In this document: piece by piece, positions 35,135-46,860 of the stretch
How positions within the stretch are numbered: the first letter of the stretch is position 1
Layout of the letters: every line of letters starts with the position of its first letter
From: Eledone cirrhosa
Lineage: Eukaryota
NCBI GenBank assembly: GCA_964016885.1
Contig: OZ024757.1
Span: 2,170,001 to 2,234,000, forward strand
Length of the DNA stretch: 64,000 bases
Direction: 5' to 3'
Translations under genes and position numbers: made by a program
The notes under the pieces: generated by a model
Seen by the model: only the letters and a program-made list of their open reading frames with translations
What the model was told of the DNA's origin: nothing
Databases searched by the model: none

Positions 35135-37956
35135 ACACAAAGACCAACATAATTCCATCTCCCACACCCCTCCCTGCCCCTCTAACCCATCCATCCCAAC
35201 CTCCCAACCCAACCAATGAGGTTGTAGAGATGCTTGAATGTAAAGAAGTTGATGTTTGTTGTATTCAAGAGACTAAGTGGAGAGAGGGGGGGGGGGGGGG
35301 GGTCTGCCAGATTCATCGTGGGTAAAAAAAACGATGCTATAAACTTTTCTGGGTGGGAAATGACAACGGACTGGGTGAAGTAGGAATTATGTTAGCTGAA
35401 AAATGGGTAGATAAGGTAATCGACGTAAATAGAGTAAATGACTTAGAGTCGTACAATATAGAGGAACAGTGAGAATTCCTGAAAGCTAACCTGCTGAAGG
35501 CGACAGATGAAGTCTGTGGCTGGAGCAGACCTATAGGCAGGAGGAGAGTAACTTGATGGTGGAACAGTAAGGTGGAGGAGTCAATCAAGGCCAAAAAGCA
35601 GGCTTGGAAAGCATGGCGGGATGGGGGAAGTAGAGAAGACTATCAAGTGGCCAGGAGGGAAGCTAGGAGACAAGTGTACTTCGCAAGAAGGGAAGCAGAG
35701 GAAAGAAAGTTCAAGTATGTTCTACAACGCAGGACCAAAAACGTGAGGTGTTCAGGATTGCTAGGCAATGTGTCAAGGAAAACCGTGATATTGTTGGGGA
35801 GAAGTGTGTCCTTAATGATGATGGTGTACTTGCCATCACTGACGCTGATAAGAAGGTAGATTGGAAGTGTCACTATGAAAGGCTACTAAATGAGGAGAAT
35901 ATTTGGGAGAAAGACAGTCTCCCCCACATCGACCCAATAGAGGGACCAGCAGTGCAAGTTGAAGGTAGTATAATAAGTAAGGCGATCAAAGATATGAAGA
36001 CAGGCAAGGCGGCTGGGCCTTCGGAAATAGTTGCTGAAATGCTGAAAGCATCTGGAACGGTGGGACACACTATGGTCACCCGGATAGTAAACCAAGTCAT
36101 ACAGAATGGGGTCGTTCCGAAGGACTGGCGTAGCAGCATCATCATTAACTGCTACAAAGCTACAAAGGTAAAGGAGATGCCCTAGATAGGGGAAACTATA
36201 GAGGCATTAAATTAATTGACCAGGTCATGAAGGTCACAGAAAAGTAATAGTGCAACTAATCAGAGAGCGAATTGATCTAGATGAAATGCAGTTCGGGTTT
36301 CTGTCAGGTAAAAGTACCACAGACGCTCTTTTGTTGACTTGGCTTTTGTTGACTTGGAGAAAGCCTTTGACAGAGTCCCTCGCTCCATTATCTGGTGGGC
36401 TCTTAGAAAACTAGGTGTTGATGAATGGCTTGTGAGAGCTATACAAGCCATGTATAAAGAAACAGTCTCCAAGGTTAGAATTAACAACGAATATAGTGAA
36501 GAGTTTAGCGCAAAAGTTGGTGTTCATCAGGGCTCCGTCCTTAGCCCCCTACTATTTATTATTGCCCTTCAGGCTATAACAGAGGAGTTCAAGACCGGCT
36601 GCCCATGTGAACTCCTATACGCAGATGATCTAACGCTCATAGCTGAATCAATTGTTGAAGAAATTCCAAACATGGAAGCATGGCCTAGAATCAAAAGGAC
36701 TTAAAATTAACCTTTCTAAGACTAAAGTTCTAGTTTGTAGGAAGGAAAATAGGGCACTGGTCCGATTTGGGAAATGGAAATGCTCAGTGTGTAGGAAAGG
36801 AGTAGGTACAAACTCCATTTTATGTCCCAAATGCAAAGTATGGGTGCATAAAAGATGTAGTGGGATCACAGGTAAGCTAACTAAGAATATAGATTTCACA
36901 TGTGGCCGGTGCTCTGGTGCAATAAGTAGCAGCAAGTGTCCACCAAATACTAGCTCATTCCATTGCACAGATGGTTCTATAGAAATAGTGGACACCTTCC
37001 GTTACCTGGATGACAAAATCAGCAGTGGGGGAGGGTGCTCTGAAAGTACTGTAGCTAGAGTCAGAACGGGATGAAAAAGTTCAGAGAGCTCATACCACTA
37101 TTGGCCGCTAAAGGGTTCTCTCTAAAAATGAAAGGCAGGCTGTACGATGCCTGCATACGAACAGCAATGTTACATGGCAGTGAGACTTGGGCATTGTGTG
37201 CAGAGGATATACGCAGACTGGAGAGGAACGAAGTTTGCATGCTCCGTTGGATGTGTAATAGTAATATAGTGAACGGCAAAGCATAAATGAACTAAGGGAG
37301 AAATTAGGAATAAGAGGGATCAGATGTTGTTTACTCGAGAGAAGACTACATTGGTATGGTCACGTGATGCGCATGAAAGACGTAAGACGACAGCTGTATA
37401 AAAAAGTGCAGGGCGATAAAAATAGACGGTAACCACGGAATAGGCAGACCCAGAAAAACCTCGGACGACTTGATAAATTCCGACCTCACACACACACCTA
37501 CACCTCTCCAAGACAATGTCACTGGACCAAGATCTTTGGCGCTACACAGTAATACAGAAGACCCGCCTTGCCTAAGTACAAAGCGAAACCTAGTCAGTAG
37601 GCACCTCTTAACAAAAATACACCCCCGTCCCACTACCCCCACCTCATCCCCACCACCCCTTTCGATGTATAAATGAGATAATGAGATCGAGATCGTGTAG
37701 GTGTCACGAGAAAAAACACAGTCCACGCTGTAATGTGGCCGTGTAGGTAACACGGTAAAAAGTTCCCTCCCAGTTCCACACTGTAATGTGGTTGGTGTTA
37801 GGAATAGATAGTCCTATATGAGCGAGACATGGTCGAGTCCTATATGAGCGAGACACGGTCCCCCGACCAAACCTTGCCTCAAGTGGGACAACTCCTGTCT
37901 AACCGATGCTAGCGTGGAAAATGGACGTTAAACGAAGATGAAGATGATGATGATGA
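35135..37956 (+). mobile_element. Decayed RTE LINE with frameshifts and a ~600-bp internal deletion
   Basis: ORF fragments 35572-37286 align with the intact copy; DVNRVND is fused to LESYNIEEQ at ~35442; 3' UTR and (GAT)n tail. Confidence 0.92.
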
Positions 37957-37964
37957 TATATATA

Positions 37965-38535
37965 TAAAAGTTTGATGAACAGTCAGACAAAATTTATCCA
38001 ATTCTTTTCCTCCTTAGTCCGTAGAAATCACACAGATAAATAATCAATTAAACGGAGTTAAGTTTAAAATGTAACTTTGAAGAAATAACAGATAAATGTT
38101 ACCAATGTTCCTTTATGAGGAACAGTCAGATAAAACTTACCTAGTCTTTCCTCTTAGTCCGTAGAAATTAACTAGATAAATAATTAATTAAACGGAGCTA
38201 ACTCTAAATTGTAAGTTTGAAGAAAAAAATATAGATAAACTTTACCAAAAATTCTCCCAGTCCAGACTATCGATAGTTTCATTTGTACTCTGTGGAAATG
38301 TCTAATCATGGTATTAACCTAGTTTTTCAAGAGACTCCCTCGGTTAGGACTAAAGTTTCCAAATTGATTGCCGTCAGTAACCAATTCAAAAGGGGTGAAA
38401 ATGTGGCTAGCGGTCAAAGTAGAAGGGTTTGAAGGATAGGCAGGATGGCAGGTAGGTTCATTGCTAGAGGAAGCAGTTAGTTACTGCCTAAGGCTTACTC
38501 AAACGTAAGGGAATATAGAACAAATTCATAAGGAC
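37965..38535 (-). mobile_element. Penelope-like terminal remnant with ~142-bp tandem duplication and degenerate hammerhead (38262-38311)
   Basis: gaacagtcaga...ttagtccgtagaaat...ttaccaa occurs twice; - strand cca tgattaga cattt...aaat GAAA ctatcgatag TC tgg. Confidence 0.45.
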
Positions 38536-38549
38536 ACACACACATATAT

Positions 38550-38559
38550 ATATAGTCCA

Positions 38560-38597
<38 letters not shown>

Positions 38598-38746
38598 CAA
38601 TATGTATATATATATATATATATATATAGTCCAATATGTATATATATAAATATATAGTCCAATGTGTATATATATAAATATATAGTCCAATGTGTATATA
38701 TATAAATATATAGTCCAATGTGTATATATATAAATATATAGTCCAA

Positions 38747-38785
<39 letters not shown>

Positions 38786-38787
38786 CA

Positions 38788-38829
<42 letters not shown>

Positions 38830-38831
38830 TG

Positions 38832-38867
<36 letters not shown>

Positions 38868-38869
38868 CA

Positions 38870-38923
<54 letters not shown>

Positions 38924-38925
38924 CA

Positions 38926-38973
<48 letters not shown>

Positions 38974-38975
38974 CA

Positions 38976-39027
<52 letters not shown>

Positions 39028-39100
39028 CAATGTGTATGTATATATATATAGATATATATAGTCCTATATATATATATATATATATATAGCCCAATGTGTG
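38550..39100. repeat. (TA)n punctuated by GTCCAATGTG
   Basis: Direct reading; the same motif occurs at 29270-29505, 30260-30305 and 40240-40405. Confidence 0.85.
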
Positions 39101-39133
39101 TGTGTGTGTATATGTATATATATATATATATAT

Positions 39134-39474
39134 GGAGGCACATGGCTTAGTGGTTAGAGCATTGGCCTTGCAATCGAAAGGTTGTGAGTTCAATTCTCAG
39201 ACCGAGTGATGTGTTGTTTCCTTGAGCAAGACACTTTATTTCACATTGCTCCAGTTTACTCAGCTGTAGAAATGAGATAATAGGGACTGGGGTCCATATC
39301 ATTCCACTGCAAAGTGGTCGTGGAGGTGCCACGGCAAAAAAAAGCACCCAGCACTCACTGTAAATGAGGTTGGTGTTAGGAAGTGCATCCGGCTGTAGAA
39401 ATCAAGCCAGAATCAGTTCCCGTCCCACCCTTGCAAGCAGGAAAAAAGCGGACATAAAATGGATGATGATGATG
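39134..39474 (+). mobile_element. tRNA-derived SINE with RTE-like tail
   Basis: As 4801-5141. Confidence 0.85.
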
Positions 39475-39494
39475 TATATATATATATATATATA

Positions 39495-40237
39495 GGGAGC
39501 TACTGCCACTGCTAGCTGCAAAAGGCTTTTCCCTCAAAATGAAAGGCAGACTGTATGATGCGTGTATACGAACAACAATGTTACATGGTAGTGAGACCTG
39601 GGCGCTGTCTGTAGAAGACTTGCGTAGATTAGAAAGAAACGAAGCCTGCATGCTCCGATGGATGTGTAATAGTAATATACGCGAATGGCAAAGCATAAAT
39701 GAATTGAGAGAGAGACTGAGCATAAGAGGAATCAAATGGTGTGTGGAGGAGAGGCGGTTGCGTTGGTATGGACATGTGATGCGTATGAAGGATGACAGCT
39801 GCATAAAAAGGTGCAGAGCACTAGAAGTCAATGGTCTTCACCGTGGAGTGGGGAGACCCAAGAAGACCTGGGATGAGGTGATAAAAGCCGACCTTACATA
39901 TTACACCTCACGACCGTGACCTCTAGCGTCACACAGTAATACAGAAGACCCGACCCCCCCACAGGTACAAGCCAAAGCTGAAGCATATAGACAATATGCC
40001 CCCACACCCTCCCACTGCAAAGTGGTTGTGGAGGTGCCACGCGAAAAAACACCCAGCACTCACTGTAAATGAGGTTGGTGTTAGGAAGGGCATCCAGATG
40101 TAGAAATCAAGCCAGAATCAGTTCCCATATGAGCAAGCCATGATCAGCCAACCGGACACTGCCCACACAGGACAACCTGTCTAACCCATGCTAGCATGGA
40201 AGAACGGACGTAAAACGATGATGATGATGATGATGAT
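39495..40237 (+). mobile_element. 5'-truncated RTE LINE
   Basis: ORF 39539-39919; 3' UTR and (GAT)n tail. Confidence 0.9.
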
Positions 40238-40299
40238 ACATAGTCCAATGTATATATACATATATATTGTCCAATGTATATATACATATATAGGCCAAA

Positions 40300-40333
<34 letters not shown>

Positions 40334-40424
40334 CAATGTATATATGTATATATATATATATACATATATAGTCCAATGTGTATATACATATATAGTCCAA
40401 TGTGTATAACTGTTCTCTACCTAC

Positions 40425-40626
40425 CATCCCACACATCTTCCTCTTTCTCAGCCAATTTCAGAACAAGATGAAGAACTGAAGTTTCCTGTATTGTGGCACT
40501 CTGCAAGTTGATCCCTTTGTCAAGAATTCGGTTTACTTTGCGAACATCAAAATGACAAATGGCTTCTTCGAGATCAGTTTGGTAAGGGCAGGACATGTCA
40601 AATTTACCACATTCAAATAGAGCATC
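40425..40626 (-). CDS. Ankyrin/SOCS-box gene, exon 2
   Basis: ctttcag...gtagg; 202 bp, phase 0-1; [10 protein letters not shown]...[35 protein letters not shown] joins exon 3 in frame. Confidence 0.8.
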
Positions 40627-40649
40627 CTGAAAGAAATATAAAAATATAT

Positions 40650-41261
40650 GTAAGGATAGGATGGAAGAAGTTTAGAGAACTGAGCTCATTGTTGACAATA
40701 AAAGGTTTCTCTTGATGTGCTAAGGGAAGGCTGTATGATGCCTGTGTGTGAAGTGTGATGCTACATGGTGGTGAGACATGGGGTGTGATGCTACATGGTA
40801 GTGAAATATGGGCTGTGATGCTACATGGTGGTGAAACATGGACTGTGACTGGAGAGGACATGTCGAGGCTGGAGAGAAATGAAGCCACCATGCTTTGTTG
40901 GATGTGCCATGTAAATATGAGAGAAAGGCAGAGTTTGGATGAACTGAGGGAGAAGCTGGGTTTAAGAGGAATCTGAGGTGGTGTACAGGAGAGAAGACTG
41001 TGTTGGTATGGACATGTGATGTATATGGACAAAGACTGATGGGTGGAGAAATACCAGGAAATCCCAGTGGAAGGAAGTTGCAGTAGAGGAAGATCTGGGC
41101 AGAGGTGGTGAGAGCTGATCTTAAATCACTGAGACTGGAAGAGGAGATGATGAAGGAACATGACAAGTGGAGAGATGGTGTGTTGAGAAGGACCTGTCCA
41201 ACCCATGCAAGTGTGGGAAAATGGTCGTAAAAATGATGATGATGTTGATGATGATGATGAT
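40650..41261 (+). mobile_element. Old, decayed RTE 3' fragment
   Basis: MLHGGETW segment triplicated, RLERNE, WYGHVM; (GAT)n tail. Confidence 0.8.
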
Positions 41262-41263
41262 CC

Positions 41264-41460
41264 ATTTATTATGGCTAAATAGTGAGTCTTGTTACTCTGG
41301 AGTTTCACCTGGGCACACACAGGGTCGTCTCACATGACCCTGTGTGTGTTTAACTGAAACTCCAGAGTAACAACACTCACTACTTAGCCCTAATAAATAA
41401 ATATTTAAACTCTACTTCGGTATTGAGTTCTCTTTTCTCTCATACATCAACTACAGATAG
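41264..41460. mobile_element. Fold-back element (arms ~41264-41325 / 41336-41398) with hammerhead 3' half
   Basis: Imperfect hairpin; GAAA ctc-ca-gag TA ... AATAAA; one-sided extension. Confidence 0.6.
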
Positions 41461-41469
41461 ATAAAAATA

Positions 41470-41552
41470 TACAAGGATCGACTTAAAAGTTCATAGGCTG
41501 ACTAAGATACTCTCATGGAATGACCAAATGAGGTTTATTTTTCAACATAGGC
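41470..41552 (+). mobile_element. Possible Tc1/mariner terminal fragment
   Basis: tacaaggatcgacttaaaagttc...tttatttttcaacatag resembles mariner left ends; no partner end seen. Confidence 0.35.
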
Positions 41553-41844
41553 CTTGGAAAGAAACAATATAGTTACTAATAAGAAGAATTGAAATTAAAG
41601 TATGCAAGATTTCACAGCTCTAGCATCACTCCATATTCAGACTAGCCTCATATCATCTCTTAAAGTCTGTTCTCCCTGCTAGCGAGGGTTGGACAGATCA
41701 TCACAGACTTAAGTCTGTACTCAAGTAAAGCTACTGACACCTTTGAAGGGCCAAAAACCTGCATCTTGCTTACCTATGTTCTCCGACATTACCAAGTATT
41801 TTGGTAATACAGAAGACCTGCCTTCCCATCTGCATGGGTTCAAG

Positions 41845-42045
41845 CAGGCATGCCAAACTGAGGGGCCCCCAAGGGCCACATGGGTCACACATGTGTTATC
41901 TGAGGGCCACACATGACAACTAATTGCGCACATTACAACTATTTTTTTCCCTTTTATATTACAAAGATAAAACATTCTCACGCTGTAAAAGTCTTTGTGC
42001 AGGCCGCAGGTGTGCTTGTAAAGGGTCGCATGTTTGACATGCCTG
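41845..42045 (-). mobile_element. hAT (Charlie-like) MITE
   Basis: TIR caggcatgccaaac / gtttgacatgcctg; 8-bp TSD ggttcaag / ggttgaag. Confidence 0.8.
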
Positions 42046-42164
42046 GGTTGAAGCATACATGTAGTATACACCACCTTCCCCTCAATCACCCCTTCCATAC
42101 ACCTCCCCCGTCCTAACACTGTCCCTCACATGCTCATATACCTCTCCCACCCAAGTCCCTAGTT

Positions 42165-44030
42165 GACACTGTAAAGTAGTCACGTAGGTGTCACAACAAA
42201 AAGCACCCAGTTCACCCTGTAAAGTTGTCATGTAGGTGTCACAACAAAAAGCACCCAGTCCACACTGTAAAGTAGTCACTTAGGTGTCACAACAAAAAGT
42301 ACCCAGTCCACCCTGTAAAGTGGTCATGTAGGGGTCACAACAAAAAGGACCCAGTCCACTCTGTAAAGTAGTCACGTAGGTGTCACAACAAAAAGCACCC
42401 AGTTCACCCTGTAAAGTAATCATGTAGGTGTCACAACAAAAAGTACCCAGTCCACACTGTAAGGTGGTAATGTAGGTGTCACAACAAAAAGCACCCAGTC
42501 CACCCTGTAAAGTGGTCATGTAGGTGTTACAACAAAAAGCACCCAGTCCACTCTGTAAAGTAGTCACGTAGGTGTCACAACAAAAAGCACCCAGTTCACC
42601 CTGTAAAGTAGTCATGTAGGTATCACAACAAAAAGCACCCAGTCCACTCTGTAAAGTGGTCATGTAGGTGTCACAACAAAAAGTACCCAGTCCACACTGT
42701 AAAGTGGTCTTGTAGGTGTCACAACAAAAAGTACCCAGTACACACTGTAAAGTGGTAATGTAGGTGTCACAATAAAAAGTACCCAGTACACTCTGTAAAG
42801 TGGTCATGTCGGTGTCACAACAAAAAGTACCCAGTACACACTGTAAAGTGGTCTTGTAGGTGTCACAACAAAAAGCACCCAGCCAATCACACTGTAAAGT
42901 GGTCATGTAGGTGTCACAACAAAAGGCACCCAGTCCACTCTGTAAAGTGGTCATGTAGGTGTCACAACAAAAAGTACCCAGTCCACACTGTAAAGTGGTA
43001 ATGTAGGTGTCACAACAAAAAGTACCCAGTCCACACTGTAAAGTGGTCATGTAGGTGTCACAACAAAAAGTACCCAGTACACACTGTAAAGTGGTCATGT
43101 AGGTGTCACAACAAAAAGTACCCAGTACACACTGTAAAGTGGTAATGTAGGTGTCACAATAAAAAGTACCCAGTACACTCTGTAAAGTGGTCATGTCGGT
43201 GTCACAACAAAAAGTACCCAGTACACACTGTAAAGTGGTCTTGTAGGTGTCACAACAAAAAGCACCCAGCCAATCACACTGTAAAGTGGTCATGTAGGTG
43301 TCACAACAAAAGGCACCCAGTCCACTCTGTAAAGTGGTCATGTAGGTGTCACAACAAAAAGTACCCAGTCCACACTGTAAAGTGGTAATGTAGGTGTCAC
43401 AACAAAAAGTACCCAGTCCACACTGTAAAGTGGTCATGTAGGTGTCACAACAAAAAGTACCCAGTACACACTGTAAAGTGGTAATGTAGGTGTCACAACA
43501 AAAAGTACCCAGTACACACTGTAAAGTGGTCTTGTAGGTGTCACAACAAAAAGTACCCAGTACACACTGTAAAGTGGTAATGTAGGTGTCACAACAAAAA
43601 GTACCCAGTACACACTGTAAAGTGGTCATGTAGGTGTCACAACAAAAAGTACCCAGTACACACTGTAAAGTGGTAATGTAGGTGTCACAACAAAAAGTAC
43701 CCAGTACACACTGTAAAGTGGTCATGTAGGTGTCACAACAAAAAGTACCCAGTACACACTGTAAAGTGGTAATGTAGGTGTCACAACAAAAAGTACCCAG
43801 TACACACTGTAAAGTGGTCATGTAGGTGTCACAACAAAAAGTACCCAGTACACACTGTAAAGTGGTAATGTAGGTGTCACAATAAAAAGTACCCAGTACA
43901 CACTGTAAAGTGGTCATGTAGGTGTCACAATAAAAAGTACCCAGTACACACTGTAAAGTGGTCATGTAGGTGTCACAATAAAAAGTACCCAGTACACACT
44001 GTAAAGTGGTCTTGTAGGTGTCACAAAATG
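42165..44030. repeat. 48-bp minisatellite (~39 copies) inside an RTE 3'-UTR remnant (~41795-44170)
   Basis: cacactgtaaagtggtcatgtaggtgtcacaacaaaaagtacccagta units; RTE 3'-UTR sequence on both sides; (GAT)n at ~44160. Confidence 0.92.
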
Positions 44031-44384
44031 TCATCCAGCTGTAGAAACTAAGCCAAAATCAGTTCTGTATGAGCAAGACACAGTCCTCTGATCTGAATTG
44101 TCTCACAGTGGCACAGCTCGTCTAACCCATGCTAGTGTGGGAAATGGAAGTTAAATGGTGATGATGATGACTCTAGGTAGGCCAGAGACCCTCACCTCAC
44201 TTATAAATGACTCCCTAACTCTACTCAGGGGGATTTTATCATGGCACCAATGTTAGGGAAGTTGTCATGTCTTGGACACAACCAAAGAGCCTTGACCTAT
44301 TGGTTGACAGGGTTTCTACAGTTGGATGCTCTTCCTATCAACAACAACTTTACAGAGTGTACTGGGTGCAGGTGCCATGTAGAT

Positions 44385-44715
44385 CAGGTATGTCAAACAT
44401 ATGGCCTGCGGGCGCATGTGACCTTTTACAAGCCCACCTGCGGCCAGCACAAAGGTTTTTAGGGCGTGAGCATGTTTTATCTTCGTAATATAAAATTAAA
44501 AAAATTAGTCGTAATGTGTGCAATTAGTTGTGGGTGGTCCTCAGACAACACGTGTGACCCATGTGGTCCTCAGACAACACGTGTGACCCATGTGGCCCTC
44601 AGACAACACATGTGACCCATGTGGTCCTCAGACAACACGTGTGACCCATGTGGCCCTCAGACAACACACATGTGACCCATGTAGCCCTCGGAGGATCCCC
44701 AGTTTGACATGCCTG
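44385..44715 (+). mobile_element. hAT (Charlie-like) MITE, same family as 41845-42045
   Basis: TIR caggtatgtcaaac / gtttgacatgcctg; TSD atgtagat / atatagat; internal ~29-bp repeat x5. Confidence 0.8.
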
Positions 44716-44874
44716 ATATAGATGACCAACACTAGGGAGGTTGTCATGTCTTGGACACAACGGAAGGATCCTCTCAACTGCCTCAGCCATGGTTATTACA
44801 ATGGGGGGGGGGGACTGAACAGTGATGGTGAGAATAGCTAGAGTGGGGTGGGGTGGGTACCGAGGAGTGATAGT

Positions 44875-45212
44875 GGGAGGTGGGGGGTATAAATGGGAGT
44901 TTATAAATGGAGGTGGGGTATAAATGGGAGTTTATAAATGGAGGTGGGGTACAAATGGGAGTTTATAAATGGAGGTGGGGTATAAATGGGAGTTTATAAA
45001 TGGAGGTGGGGGTATAAATGGGAGTTTATAAATGGATGTGGGGTATAAATGGGAGTTTATAAATGGATGTGGGGTATAAATGGGAGTTTATAAATGGATG
45101 TGAGGTATAAATGGGAGTTTATAAATGGAGGTGGGGTATAAATGGGAGTATATAAATAGAGGTGGGGGTATAAATGGGAGTTTATAAATGGGAGTATATA
45201 AATGGGAGTTTT
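44875..45212. repeat. ~31-bp G-rich minisatellite
   Basis: ggaggtggggtataaatgggagtttataaat units. Confidence 0.9.
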
Positions 45213-45229
45213 AAAGTGAGTCTTCACCA

Positions 45230-45490
45230 GCAGAACCTGTCTCTAATCTTCACAGTCGTTTGTCATCTGTTGTGAAGGATAAGGTCTCTCTTCCCTACCT
45301 CATCCCATGTTTTCCTCAGTCTGCCTCTTCCCCAAGTCCCAGCCACGGTGATATCACTGCATTTCTTTATATAGCTGCTACCTTCCATATAGCTCACATG
45401 TCCACACCAGAGCAGTCCTCTCAGTTGCTCACTACATCCAATTCTCCTTACGCCAAGTTTTTCGACATTCTTCACACATCAGGGCAGAGC
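45230..45490 (-). mobile_element. Very decayed RTE C-terminal fragment
   Basis: LLWCGHV...IKKC...GRGRLRKTWDEV. Confidence 0.65.
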
Positions 45491-45830
45491 AGCCTCCACC
45501 AATTCGTTGATTAACCAAACTAGACACAACACATAAACTGACAACAGTCAAACCCCTGGACATATCAGCAGTGCTCCAGCATGGTCTGAAGAATACACAC
45601 ATCATATATATATATATAACCGTCGGGGTCCTGACCCTTTTCCTATATATATATATATATATATATATTATGTGTTAGGTAATTCCGAAGGAAAAGCAAA
45701 GGAAAAAAGTATGCTCTATGTATAGAACAGAGCTATTTAATTTGTTGTTCACTTTCTAATATATATATATATGTGTGTGTATATATATATATTGAAGATC
45801 GATAGGCGTGATTCGAGGCAATTTGACTGT

Positions 45831-45905
<75 letters not shown>

Positions 45906-46194
45906 CACATATATATATATATATACACATATATATATATATACACACACACACGTATATCTCTTTTACCAGACATCAGGCTGAGGCCATACACACACAC
46001 ACATGTATGTATATAGATCGATACATACCAGTATAATGTAAATAAAGACATCTATATATAATGAAGTGCATATAACCGTATATATACATATTTATAACTA
46101 TATAAAGGACATCGTCTCTCGACAGTTATATTTAAGTAGAGACTTAGGTAGGTATCGAACTCGCTGTTGGTATTTCCCCAGTAAGGTATCTTAC

Positions 46195-46230
46195 CTCGAT
46201 TTCCTCCCGTAGGTCTCTGTAGGAGAACAT
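46195..46230 (-). CDS. Ankyrin/SOCS-box gene, candidate first coding exon (MFSYRDLREEIE)
   Basis: ATG at 46230, 12 codons, strong GAG|gtaag donor, phase 0 matches exon 2; short, so less certain. Confidence 0.65.
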
Positions 46231-46414
46231 AGTCAACGTAGAAAGGTTTCAGACAAATATTTACAAAAACAACAATGGGGAAAGACAGGAGAGTTACAAG
46301 TCATTTAGAGTTACTTCCCTTCCCTTGTGTTCGTTTTATTAATAAAAATTAAAAAAAATCGTAAACAAATCTATTTCAAATAACAACACTAAAGATATTT
46401 AAACAGGGAAAATG

Positions 46415-46860
46415 AAGGGAAGGGCCGGGCTTTGGGGTCACAGAGGAATGGGAGGAGGTAGGGAAGGGTGAAGGGCTCTGATGTCACAGAAGAATATGAG
46501 GAGGTGGGGAGGGCAGAACTCTGGGGTCACAGAATGAGAGGGGGGGTGAAGGACAGTAGGGTCACAGAATGGGAGGAGAAGGGGAGGGTGATGACTCTAG
46601 GGTCACAGAATGGGTGGGGTAGGGAAGGGTGGTGGGCTCTGGGGTCACAGAATGGGAGGGGTAGGGGAGGGTGATGGGCTCTAGGGTCACAGAATGGGAG
46701 GAGTAGAGGAGGGTGATGGGCTCTAGGGTCACAGAATGGGAGGGGAAGGGGAGGGTGAAGGACTCTAGGGTCAAAGAGGAATGGAAGGGGTAGGGGAGGG
46801 TGATGGGTTCTGCAGTCACAGAAGAATGGGATGGGGTAAGAGAGGGTGATGGGCTCTAGT
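46415..46860. repeat. ~41-bp purine-rich minisatellite upstream of the ankyrin gene
   Basis: gggtcacagaatgggaggggtaggggagggtgatgggctcta units. Confidence 0.85.

Noticed and set aside
42280-44034. 584-aa Cys-rich repeat ORF
   Set aside because: A 48-bp unit divisible by 3 with no stop in one frame; derived from a retroelement 3' UTR; no splice or start context.
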